Source of the DNA: Elusimicrobiota bacterium
GTDB lineage: Bacteria > Elusimicrobiota > Elusimicrobia > Elusimicrobiales > UBA9959
Length of the DNA stretch: 64,000 nucleotides
NCBI GenBank assembly: GCA_037137395.1
Contig: JBAXKK010000001.1
Span: forward strand, 78,108 to 142,107
Direction of reading: 5' to 3'
The translations under genes were made by a program, and so were the position numbers. The notes under the pieces are model-generated. The model was not told the DNA's origin and searched no databases. It saw nothing but the letters and a program-made list of their open reading frames with translations. The first letter of the stretch is position 1; every line of letters begins with the position of its first letter. Below are positions 21,107-29,200 of this stretch, in pieces.

Positions 21107-22303
21107 ATGAAAAAAATTATAGCCTTTGCTATTTTTTCTTTTTTAACCGCGAATCTGCAGGCTGCCGCGGTAAAATCCGAGGCCCTTCCCGAAGAACTCC
21201 GGTTATTGTCCAAAAGCGGCATAGATTCCATCTACGCCGTGGACCTGCCCGAGGCTAAAAAAAATTTCGATCTGGCGGTGCTGAAATATCCGGATCATCC
21301 CTTTCCTCATTTCGGTATAGCTATGACCAAGTGGGCGGAGCTGGAATATCTGGAAGACGAATCAAACCCTAAGCTCTCGCAGGAATACGGGGCGCTGACC
21401 GACGATGCCATAAAGATCGCGCTGGCCTGGATAAAAAAACATCCCAACGACGCCAACGCGTACATGTGTCTGGGCGGGATGTACGGCCTGCGGGCGCGGC
21501 TGGCCGTTATGCAGCACCGCTGGATAAAAGCCTATTTTGACGGCAAGAAAGCCATCTCAAACACCCGCAAATCCCTGAAGGTGGATCCGGAAATATATGA
21601 CGCCTATCTGGGCCTGGGGATGTACGAATATTACGCCGGAACCTTGCCGGGCGTGATAAAAATACTGGCCAAGCTTTTCCTGAGCGGAGACGCCGAGCAG
21701 GGAGTGGAATACCTTAAGCTTTGTAAGGAAAAGGGCTATTTTAATTCTCTGGCCGCGGAACTTCTGCTAATAGAAGTTTTCACGGAGCCCGGTAACCAGT
21801 TCAAGGATCCAAAGACCGCGGTCAAGTGGTCCACGGAGCTCCGCAAGCTTTACCCGCTCCATCCCCAGATGCATTTTGTGCAGATAGTGTCGTTATTTGA
21901 AGACAAGCAATACGAGGTGACCCGCACGGAGGCGCTGGAATATCTAAAGCGTATAGAGACCGGCGTGCCGGCTTACCGGAAGAATTACCTGCCCCGCATT
22001 CTCACGGCCATAGGGGCTACCTATCTGGTGGAGAAGAATTACGGCGAGGCTTTGATATATTTTCAGAAAGCCGCCGCCACGCTCAAGGAAGACCCTAAAG
22101 CCCACCCCGCGCGCTGGGCCGTCTGGGCGCTGGTCAGGGTCGGAAACACTTTAGACCTTAAGGGCGACCGGGCGAAGGCTGTAGAGCTTTACAAAGAGGC
22201 CCGAACCTATAAGGACGAATGGGGCTTCTATGAGGCCATAGACGCCTATCTTAAGAAACCATTCAGCGAACTGGCGCTGCCAGGTCCGCTACCCCCGCCG
22301 TAG
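21107..22303 (+). CDS. Exported tetratricopeptide-repeat protein
   Basis: Signal peptide; TPR-like helices (DAYLGLGMYEY, ALIYFQKA, AVELYKEA). Confidence 0.75.
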   Translation: MKKIIAFAIFSFLTANLQAAAVKSEALPEELRLLSKSGIDSIYAVDLPEAKKNFDLAVLKYPDHPFPHFGIAMTKWAELEYLEDESNPKLSQEYGALTDDAIKIALAWIKKHPNDANAYMCLGGMYGLRARLAVMQHRWIKAYFDGKKAISNTRKSLKVDPEIYDAYLGLGMYEYYAGTLPGVIKILAKLFLSGDAEQGVEYLKLCKEKGYFNSLAAELLLIEVFTEPGNQFKDPKTAVKWSTELRKLYPLHPQMHFVQIVSLFEDKQYEVTRTEALEYLKRIETGVPAYRKNYLPRILTAIGATYLVEKNYGEALIYFQKAAATLKEDPKAHPARWAVWALVRVGNTLDLKGDRAKAVELYKEARTYKDEWGFYEAIDAYLKKPFSELALPGPLPPP

Positions 22304-22310
22304 AAGGGGC

Positions 22311-22406
22311 CGTAAAGCGGAAAGCGTAAAGAGTAAAGTGTAAATCGGAAAACGTAATATTGGTGTTACTCTTTCCGCTTTACGCTTCCCGCTTCACGAG
22401 CTTTAT
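22311..22406. repeat. Heptamer-repeat hairpin (CGTAAAG family)
   Basis: cgtaaag cggaaag cgtaaag agtaaag tgtaaat cggaaaa ... ctttccg ctttacg cttcccg cttcacg. Confidence 0.8.
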
Positions 22407-22418
22407 CACGCTGCCTTT

Positions 22419-22847
22419 ATGGATTCATCAACTATAACATTTCTTATTTTAGCCATTCTGTCCTGGGGGGCCGGCGCTTTTTTTGACAAAATGACGCTCA
22501 AATACATTGCCCCGGCCTCGGCTTTTTATCTCAGGACCCTCTTCATGCTGGTCTTGTTCATCCCTTTCCTGCTTTGGAAATTTATACCCACCAGGGATGC
22601 TCTTTTAGGTTCGCATAAACTGGCGTCTGCCTTCATCCTCTCCAGCGTGATAGTCACAATGGCCGGGGTGTTTTTCTATCTCCGCGCCATGTCCTCGGGC
22701 GAGGCGTCAAGGATCGTTCCTTTGAGTTCCACTTATCCATTCGTAACTTTTGTTCTGGTATACCTCTTTCTGGGAGAGACCTTTACCGCCAGCAAGTTCT
22801 TAGGCACGGCCCTAATCTCCTGCGGAATATATTTCATCTCAAAATAG
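22419..22847 (+). CDS. EamA/DMT family transporter (single domain)
   Basis: WG...FFDK and G..S...PL.S.YP.....L..LFLGE; five TM helices. Confidence 0.85.
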   Translation: MDSSTITFLILAILSWGAGAFFDKMTLKYIAPASAFYLRTLFMLVLFIPFLLWKFIPTRDALLGSHKLASAFILSSVIVTMAGVFFYLRAMSSGEASRIVPLSSTYPFVTFVLVYLFLGETFTASKFLGTALISCGIYFISK

Positions 22848-22865
22848 CGTGGCATGGCCGCGCTA

Positions 22866-22982
22866 TTGCCATAAGCCATACGCCTTAGGCCATATGCAGA
22901 AACATTTATAAAGCCTATAGCCTAGGGCCTAAAGCTTATGGCAGTCTTTCTGCGTATAGCTTACGGCATATGGCGTATGGCA
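22866..22982. repeat. Heptamer-repeat hairpin (GCCATAA/TATGGC family)
   Basis: gccataa gccatac gccttag gccatat ... cttatgg ... cttacgg catatgg cgtatgg. Confidence 0.8.
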
Positions 22983-22990
22983 ACAGATTT

Positions 22991-23347
22991 ATGACCTCTG
23001 AAGAATTCTCAAAACTGGCGGATAAGGCCGTGAGGGGCCTGCCGAAGTTTTTTAAAAACAAAATGCAAAATGTTGTTGTGGTGGTAGCCGGCTCGCCGGA
23101 CCGGGCGCAGGAGCGCAGGTTCGGCCGCGGCTTGCTTGGGCTGTACGAGGGCGTTCCGCTCCTGGATAGGGGGACTTATTACAGCGGGGCCATGCCCGAC
23201 AAAATAACTATTTTTCAGAAGAATATTGAGGCGCACTGCCCGGATCCGAAAGAGCTGGAGGGTGAAGTGCGGCACGTGGTGATGCATGAGATAGCCCACC
23301 ATTTCGGCATGACCGACGAAGAATTAAAGGCGAAAGGTTTATACTAA
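22991..23347 (+). CDS. Minimal zincin metallopeptidase (Zincin_1/DUF1025)
   Basis: LLGLYEGVP, PDKITIF and HEIAHHFG (HExxH). Start set to ATG 22991; the upstream ATG lies inside the repeat. Confidence 0.88.
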   Translation: MTSEEFSKLADKAVRGLPKFFKNKMQNVVVVVAGSPDRAQERRFGRGLLGLYEGVPLLDRGTYYSGAMPDKITIFQKNIEAHCPDPKELEGEVRHVVMHEIAHHFGMTDEELKAKGLY

Positions 23348-23400
23348 CTTGGTTAACTCCAGATATAGAATCCGCGTCGCTTATTTATACAACAAATACG

Positions 23401-23606
23401 GCTATCCCAAGAAAACAATAAGGCGACGGCGGGTTGGCAGGGGTCCTGCCAGCCATGGGACCCATCGGGCCTGCGGCCGGCCCGGCGACTTCGCGCCGGT
23501 TCCTCCTCGGCCCGATTCAACCCATGTCTGTCACCCCCTTAGCCCCCGCCGTACTTAAAATCGTCAAGGGAGACGTGTTTTTGTAATTATGGATTTGTGG
23601 GATAGC
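23401..23606. repeat. Long imperfect palindrome (23426-23552) inside short inverted repeats, MITE-like
   Basis: GCTATCCCA at 23401 and TGGGATAGC at 23598. Internal nested stems ACGGCGGG/CCCGCCGT, CATGGG/CCCATG, ATCGGGCC/GGCCCGAT and CCGGCG/CGCCGG. Confidence 0.5.
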
Positions 23607-23737
23607 ATCGTGGCAACATCGTTTTACTGTAAGGATGGATTGACCAGCAGATTGGTTAATCGTGCTTTATCTAAATTAAGGGTGGTATGTTATTTGTTGT
23701 AACGCGAAGGCGAAGCCCAATTAGACAGCGCGGATGA

Positions 23738-23951
23738 CGGGGAACCGGATAGCGAAACCGTACCGGAGTGGACTGGGCTACCAGAGGTTTGCTACGGACA
23801 CTGTTTTCGCTCGGCGCTTGCGTAAGCGCGCCGAGCGAGTGGAGCCTTGCGACACTGGGCCCGATCCGGAAGTGTGCCCCGACGCATGCAGTGTCCGATA
23901 GCCAAGCAAACTGCGGCAAAGTCCACCCTGATTTCGCGTTCCGGTTTTCCG
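23738..23951 (+). ncRNA. Candidate structured ncRNA or palindromic element, copy A
   Basis: Rod fold: CGGGGAACCGGA/TCCGGTTTTCCG, GCGAAA/TTTCGC, GTGGACT/AGTCCAC, GTTTGCT/AGCAAAC, CGGACACTG/CAGTGTCCG. Apex is shared with 40668-40809. Confidence 0.5.
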
Positions 23952-24136
23952 GCAGCCTCTACGCCAAATTATTGACTGACTAAACTTGGATAACCAAGAA
24001 CCGCAAGGCCTACTCCGGCCTAGGTCTTTTAAGTATGAATATTTACCCTTAAGACCCTTATTGAAATTTGCAAAATAAAATAACATATAAGTAGCGGCTT
24101 TTGAAAATGCCGCCGGGTATAATCAGGAGGAAATGC

Positions 24137-24724
24137 ATGAAGCTATTTTTTAAAGCAGTGGCGGTTGTTCTTATGGCGCTTAGCGGCGGCGTTCTTAATT
24201 CCAATGCAGGCGATATGGAAGCGGCTAGAGAGCTGTCTTTTTCCAAGCCAACCGTTAACTCCGATGTTTCCATCCCGGCGGTCAGTGAACCCGCGGTGAC
24301 TGATGAAGAGCCGGGAGAGGGGGAAGTTGCCAGGCAAAACAACACGGGAAAACTTCTGCCCGACGCCTTATATTGTAAAAAGGTGCGGTGTTACGATATA
24401 ATGCCGCCGGTCAACGACTCCAGCTGGTGCCAGGACGATACTCTTAAATCCGTAACGCTAACATCTCTCAATAAAATGCCTTTGTATCTGAGCGGCGATA
24501 AGCCGGTGTCCGGGGCAATTCATCTTGATGAGGCGAAAAATATTATTATCGATTTTGCTCCTCCGGGGGATCAGTATTCTTTTTTCACCTTCCCCTCCGC
24601 CGGTCTTGAAGAGCTTTATTTGGGAAGCCAGACCGAGGTTAAAGGGACGTACACCGACGCCTTTGACTGGGATGGGTATCACGAGCGCTTTAAAGTTGAT
24701 TTTACCTGCCGCAAAAGCCTGTAA
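24137..24724 (+). CDS. Hypothetical exported protein
   Basis: AGGAGG RBS before ATG 24137; signal peptide; four Cys; followed by a terminator. Confidence 0.65.
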   Translation: MKLFFKAVAVVLMALSGGVLNSNAGDMEAARELSFSKPTVNSDVSIPAVSEPAVTDEEPGEGEVARQNNTGKLLPDALYCKKVRCYDIMPPVNDSSWCQDDTLKSVTLTSLNKMPLYLSGDKPVSGAIHLDEAKNIIIDFAPPGDQYSFFTFPSAGLEELYLGSQTEVKGTYTDAFDWDGYHERFKVDFTCRKSL

Positions 24725-24745
24725 GCAGCTCTGAATAAAATGTAT

Positions 24746-24778
24746 AAAAGGCCCGCCGAAAGGCGGGCCTTTTGTTTT
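24746..24778. terminator. Bidirectional intrinsic terminator
   Basis: AAAAGGCCCGCC-GAAA-GGCGGGCCTTTT between convergent genes. Confidence 0.88.
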
Positions 24779-24795
24779 GAAAGGTGTGAAGGGAA

Positions 24796-25668
24796 CTATT
24801 TGCTTTTGGGTGATTCAGGCTGTTCTCCGCTCTTGGGGAGATTGCGGATCTTGACGCCGGCGGCGGTTATGTGGATCTCTTTCCCGCTTCCTGTCACGCG
24901 TATTTCGCCGTTGTCTATTTTTACTTTTCTCGGGCCGTTTCTGCCCTCATCTTCTATATCCACATTCCCCATAAGCCCGAATTTGCGCATAATTTTAAGA
25001 ATCCAGCCTGAAAACCACTGATGGCGCTGAAAAATTTCTTCTTCGCCTGGTTTTGCTTCTGGCTTTGGCGCGGCGCCAGCTTCCTGCGCCGGCTCTTGTC
25101 CGGATTTTTCTCCAGCGAAACCCGTGTCGGCCGGGCTTTGGGGGCTCACCGGATCTTCTCTGAGGACTTTGTAAACTTTAATTTTATCGGATATGCCCTT
25201 GAACTGCCTGTAGCCTATCTCGCTTGAGGGGACCTCGTTCTTATTCATGGACAGATAAATAGATTCGGTGAAGAAAACCTCGCCCGCCTCCGCTATGCCT
25301 TCTATTCTTGAGGTGATATTCACGGCGTCGCCAAAAATATCTCCGTCCTCCGCGATGGACACCTCGCCGGCGTTTATGGCTATGCGGATGTCTATGCGGT
25401 CATCCTGCGGCCTGTCCTTGTTGAAGGCGAGTAGCGCTTCCTGGATTGAAGTCCCGCAGAGCACGGCGTCCGTTGAGCTTTCAAAAGTGACCAGGAAGGC
25501 GTCGCCTATGGTTTTGACGACATGGCCGTGGTATTTCTCTATGGCCGGCAGGACCAGCTCATTGTGTTTTGTCAGAAGCTCTTTTATCTGGGCGCGCGAT
25601 TTCCTTGAGGTTTGATCCGTGAACCCTTTTATATCCGTCAGCATTACGGCTAGATTTCTGGCTTTCAT
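24796..25668 (-). CDS. Class III adenylate/guanylate cyclase domain protein
   Basis: LTDIKGFT, VKTIGDAF and DIFGDAVNITSRIE (metal Asp residues, Lys specificity residue, Asn/Arg). Start ATG 25668 with GGAG RBS. Confidence 0.88.
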   Translation of the reverse strand: MKARNLAVMLTDIKGFTDQTSRKSRAQIKELLTKHNELVLPAIEKYHGHVVKTIGDAFLVTFESSTDAVLCGTSIQEALLAFNKDRPQDDRIDIRIAINAGEVSIAEDGDIFGDAVNITSRIEGIAEAGEVFFTESIYLSMNKNEVPSSEIGYRQFKGISDKIKVYKVLREDPVSPQSPADTGFAGEKSGQEPAQEAGAAPKPEAKPGEEEIFQRHQWFSGWILKIMRKFGLMGNVDIEDEGRNGPRKVKIDNGEIRVTGSGKEIHITAAGVKIRNLPKSGEQPESPKSK

Positions 25669-25681
25669 ATAGTCGCTCCAT

Positions 25682-27106
25682 TTACTGAATGACCACGGCA
25701 CGCCGCTGATATCCCGAGGCGGATGTTATCTTTACATTCACAAAGTCGCCGGCCTTAAGCGAGGGAGGTGATTCCACGCTGCCATAGGCCATAGGCTTTA
25801 GGCTATAAGCTTTTTGGTTTTTTCTGTTTATGGCGTATGGCGTATGGCGTATGGCGCTGTTTTTAAATCTTAAATCTTCAATCTTGAATCTTGAATCTTG
25901 AATTATCTCTATCCTCCCGTCTATCTCCGGCGCGTCGCGGCCGGTGCGGCCAAAAGCGGAAGAATCCATCAGGACTTTTACGGTTTTGCCGATGAGGTTC
26001 GCGTTCTTTTTATCTACTACACGGCTTTGGACGCGTATAAGGGCGTTCATCCGCGCGAGCTTAACCTTTTCCGGTATCTGCCCCGGCAGGCTTGCAGCCG
26101 GAGTCCCCGGCTCGCGCGAATAGGCGAAAACGCCCACATTGTCTAAACCGGCTTCAGCGACGAATGAACTCAACTTTTTGAAGTCATTTTCCGTTTCTCC
26201 GGGGAAGCCCACGATAAAATTTGTCCGCAGGGCGATGTCCGGCACGATATTTCTTATTGAAGCTATTTTGGCCCTTATTGATTTTTCGGTGGAGCGGCGG
26301 TTCATTTTTTTTAGCACATTATCCGAGATATGCTGAAGCGGCATATCCAGGTAGCGGCAAATCTTGCTCTCGTCGCGCATCAGCTTTAGTATTTTCAAAG
26401 GCAGCTTTTCGGGATAGACATACATAAGCCGCAGCCAGTTCAGGCCGTCCAACTTTACCAGTTCTTTTAAGAGCTCATAAAGTTTTGCCCGACCGTAGAG
26501 GTCCATGCCGTATGAAGTTGTGTCCTGAGCTATGAGGGATATTTCCCGCGCGCCGGAGGCTATCAGGGTTTTGGCTTCCGTCACGACTTCTTTCAGCGGT
26601 TTGGATCTGAAGCGCCCGCGTATCATCGGGATAGCGCAGTAGGCGCAGCGGTTGTCACAGCCGTCGGCGATCTTCAGGTACGCGGTATGGGGGGCGGTGA
26701 GGCGGGCCTTAAGTTTGGGCGCGGCCAGCGGCGCCGTGGCGGGCAGGATATAATTAGTTTTGCCGGTCAGGGCTGAATTTATGCGCTCAAGCGCGTTTAT
26801 GCCCACCACCGCGTCTATCTGCGGGAATTTCTCCAGTAGCAGGCGCTTCTCGCGCTCCACCAGGCAACCAGTGACGGCTATTTTGGATATTTTGCCGCGC
26901 TCCTTGAGAGATATAAAGCGCCTGATTTCCGCTTCAGACTCTTTTACGGCGGAACTGAGGAAAGCGCAGGTGTTTATCAGAGCTATGTCGGCCTGTGTCT
27001 CGTCCGCGGTCAGCTCAAAACCCGCCGCCGCAAGCTGACCGGCCATAACTTCCGCGTCGGTCAGGTTTTTGGGGCAGCCCAGGGAGATGATAAATACTTT
27101 AGGCAT
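25682..27106 (-). CDS. rimO: Ribosomal protein S12 methylthiotransferase, with ~40-aa repeat-derived insertion in the TRAM domain
   Basis: SLGCPKN, NTCAF, GCDNRCAYCAIP..RG, YLDMPLQH and DAPEIDG. Confidence 0.95.
   Translation of the reverse strand: MPKVFIISLGCPKNLTDAEVMAGQLAAAGFELTADETQADIALINTCAFLSSAVKESEAEIRRFISLKERGKISKIAVTGCLVEREKRLLLEKFPQIDAVVGINALERINSALTGKTNYILPATAPLAAPKLKARLTAPHTAYLKIADGCDNRCAYCAIPMIRGRFRSKPLKEVVTEAKTLIASGAREISLIAQDTTSYGMDLYGRAKLYELLKELVKLDGLNWLRLMYVYPEKLPLKILKLMRDESKICRYLDMPLQHISDNVLKKMNRRSTEKSIRAKIASIRNIVPDIALRTNFIVGFPGETENDFKKLSSFVAEAGLDNVGVFAYSREPGTPAASLPGQIPEKVKLARMNALIRVQSRVVDKKNANLIGKTVKVLMDSSAFGRTGRDAPEIDGRIEIIQDSRFKIEDLRFKNSAIRHTPYAINRKNQKAYSLKPMAYGSVESPPSLKAGDFVNVKITSASGYQRRAVVIQ
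25779..25903. repeat. Compound heptamer repeat inside rimO CDS
   Basis: gccatag gccatag gctttag gctataa ... tatggcg x4, then aaatctt aaatctt caatctt gaatctt gaatctt. Confidence 0.85.
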
Positions 27107-27111
27107 AAATA

Positions 27112-27208
27112 TAGGGTACAGGGTACGGGGTACAGGGTACGGGGTACAAGGTCAGGAGTTATTCCTTAAACTTTACCCTAACCCCTAAGCCCTCTACCCT
27201 ATGCCCTG
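27112..27208. repeat. Heptamer-repeat hairpin (AGGGTAC family)
   Basis: agggtac agggtac ggggtac agggtac ggggtac ... ttaccct aacccct aagccct ctaccct atgccct. Confidence 0.85.
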
Positions 27209-27213
27209 CTGTT

Positions 27214-28140
27214 TTAGTGTCTTTCTACCCGTTTGATGATCCAGTAGGTTATCAGGCCGATAATTGCCATTATCCCCACAAAAGCCAGAAAAGCCAGTCG
27301 GGGGTTTGATATCCCGGTAACCGTGCAGAGCTCGGACATTCCGCCGACCCCGGCGAAGAAGCTTGGCACCGCCACCGCGATGACGACGGCGTTAAGGTTC
27401 TTCATCATCACATTGAGGTTGTTGCTGACGATGGAAGCTCTGGCGTCCATCAGGCCTGCCAGGATGTTGGAGTAGATCTCGGCCTGGCGCGCGCACTGGT
27501 TATTTTCGATTATTATATCGTCCAGAAATTCCGCGCTGCGCTGCGAAAACCCTATTTTCTCGCTGTTGTGTTTCAGGCGGTCAATGGCGTATGTGTTGGA
27601 GTTTGTCGCGTTCAGATAGTAAACCAGACTTTTCTCCAGCGTGAAAAGGTTCAGGAGATGCTTGTTTTCCATGGAGGAATTAATCTTGTGCTCTATCTCA
27701 TCGGCTATCATATTGATAACCTTTAAATGTTCCATGAAGTGGAAGATGGAATTATAGATAAGCTTAAGAAAGATCTCCTTTATCCCGGTGACATTCTTAA
27801 AGTACTTGCCGGCGAACAGGTTCAGATCTTCCGAGATGGCTATTATCAGCTTATCCTTGAACAGGAATAGGCCCATGGACGAGACTTTGAACAGGAACTG
27901 GTCCTTGGAGGAATAGTTCTTGGGGCGCTTAAATATTATTTCCAGATGGTCCGGCTCAAACTCCATCCGGGCCGGCTCTTCAGGGTCAAAGGCCGAGGCG
28001 AGGTTATGATCGTCAAGGTTGAAGTTGCTGACTACCCATTTTTTTTCGTCCTCGGTGGGGTCTATAAGCAGCCAGACCAGCGGCGTTTCCGCCTCGGTCT
28101 GCACCAGCTGATTGTTTTCCAACACATATCGTTTTATCAT
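27214..28140 (-). CDS. corA: CorA-family divalent cation transporter
   Basis: DPEEPARME, LEKSLVYY, DARASIVSNNLN.MK; two C-terminal TM helices with GGMS in place of GMN. Confidence 0.82.
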   Translation of the reverse strand: MIKRYVLENNQLVQTEAETPLVWLLIDPTEDEKKWVVSNFNLDDHNLASAFDPEEPARMEFEPDHLEIIFKRPKNYSSKDQFLFKVSSMGLFLFKDKLIIAISEDLNLFAGKYFKNVTGIKEIFLKLIYNSIFHFMEHLKVINMIADEIEHKINSSMENKHLLNLFTLEKSLVYYLNATNSNTYAIDRLKHNSEKIGFSQRSAEFLDDIIIENNQCARQAEIYSNILAGLMDARASIVSNNLNVMMKNLNAVVIAVAVPSFFAGVGGMSELCTVTGISNPRLAFLAFVGIMAIIGLITYWIIKRVERH

Positions 28141-28170
28141 ATTCCGGTTCCTGGTCTGGGGGTTTGAATG

Positions 28171-29073
28171 TTATTTTTTTCCGGCTTTAACCTTTGTTTT
28201 AAGCGCGACGGTCTCGCCCATCAGTGAGAGATTTTCAACCACGGTGACGCCTGCGGCCGCGAGAGCTTCAACTTTGGAAGCGTGAGTCCCGGAGGCTCCT
28301 TCCACGATGGCCCCGGCGTGTCCCATTCGGCGGCCGGGAGGGGCGGTCTTGCCTGCCACGAAGGAGAAGACCGGTTTGGTCATATGGGCTTTTATATAGC
28401 GGGCCGCGTCTTCCTCAGCTGAGCCGCCTATCTCGCCGATCATCACTACGGCGTGAGTGTCATTGTCGGCCTCGAACATTTTGAGAACATCCACGAAGTT
28501 TACGCCCTGCACAGGGTCGCCGCCTATGCCGACCACGGTGGATTGGCCGAGGCCCTGGCTGGTCAGCTGCCAGACCGCCTCATAGGTAAGCGTGCCGGAC
28601 CGCGAGACGATGCCGACATTGCCCTTTTTGTGGATATAGCCGGGCATGATGCCGGCCTTGCATTCGCCGGGAGTTATAACTCCGGGGCAGTTGGGCCCGA
28701 TCAGCGTGACGCCGCGTCCTTCCAGCTCCAGGCGGAGAAGATGCCGCTTGACCCGCACCATATCCAGCACGGGGATGCCCTCGGTGATGGCGATGACCAC
28801 CTTTATGCCGGCCTCGGCGGCTTCAAGGATTGAGTCGGCCGCGAAAGGCGGCGGCACGAAAATTAAAGAGGCGTCGGCCCCGGTCTCCCTGACCGCGTCC
28901 CTGGCGGTGTCGAATATGGGCGTGTCCAGATGTTTCGTTCCGCCTTTTCCGGGAGTCACCCCTGCCACTATATTTGAGCCGTACTCTATGCACTGCTGGG
29001 CGTGAAAAGAACCCTGCGCCCCAGTCATGCCGTGAACCACCAGCCTGGATTTTTTATTTAAAAGTATGGACAT
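28171..29073 (-). CDS. sucD: Succinyl-CoA ligase alpha subunit
   Basis: [24 protein letters not shown] and RMGHAGA. Confidence 0.96.
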   Translation of the reverse strand: MSILLNKKSRLVVHGMTGAQGSFHAQQCIEYGSNIVAGVTPGKGGTKHLDTPIFDTARDAVRETGADASLIFVPPPFAADSILEAAEAGIKVVIAITEGIPVLDMVRVKRHLLRLELEGRGVTLIGPNCPGVITPGECKAGIMPGYIHKKGNVGIVSRSGTLTYEAVWQLTSQGLGQSTVVGIGGDPVQGVNFVDVLKMFEADNDTHAVVMIGEIGGSAEEDAARYIKAHMTKPVFSFVAGKTAPPGRRMGHAGAIVEGASGTHASKVEALAAAGVTVVENLSLMGETVALKTKVKAGKK

Positions 29074-29092
29074 GGTCTGTCTCCTTGTAAAA

Positions 29093-29200
29093 AAGGGTAT
29101 AGGGGTTAAGGTTTCCGCCGGTTGTTTGGCGGGCAGGGTTTAGGGTAAGGAAATTATTACTTCTTCACCCTATACCCTCTACCCTGCACCCTGTCCCCTG
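29093..29200. repeat. Heptamer-repeat hairpin (AGGGTA family)
   Basis: agggtat aggggtt ... agggttt agggtaa ... tcaccct ataccct ctaccct gcaccct gtcccct. Confidence 0.75.

Noticed and set aside
23639..23650. TTGACCAGC as in HEARO/omegaRNA
   Set aside because: No other HEARO features, and no IscB/TnpB ORF nearby.
23738..23880. Resemblance to a cobalamin riboswitch (GGGAA-CCGG..CCGG; CACTG..GGAAG)
   Set aside because: Lacks the CCCCGC..CTGT segment and the AG.CAG.AGACC B12 box, and the downstream genes are unrelated to B12.
23671..23919. Short ORFs 23671-23919 (-) and 40642-40953 (+) share AHFRxGPSVA and YPVP
   Set aside because: The similarity is explained by the shared nucleotide element. 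Indels break the frame elsewhere, there is no RBS, and the changes preserve base pairing rather than codons.
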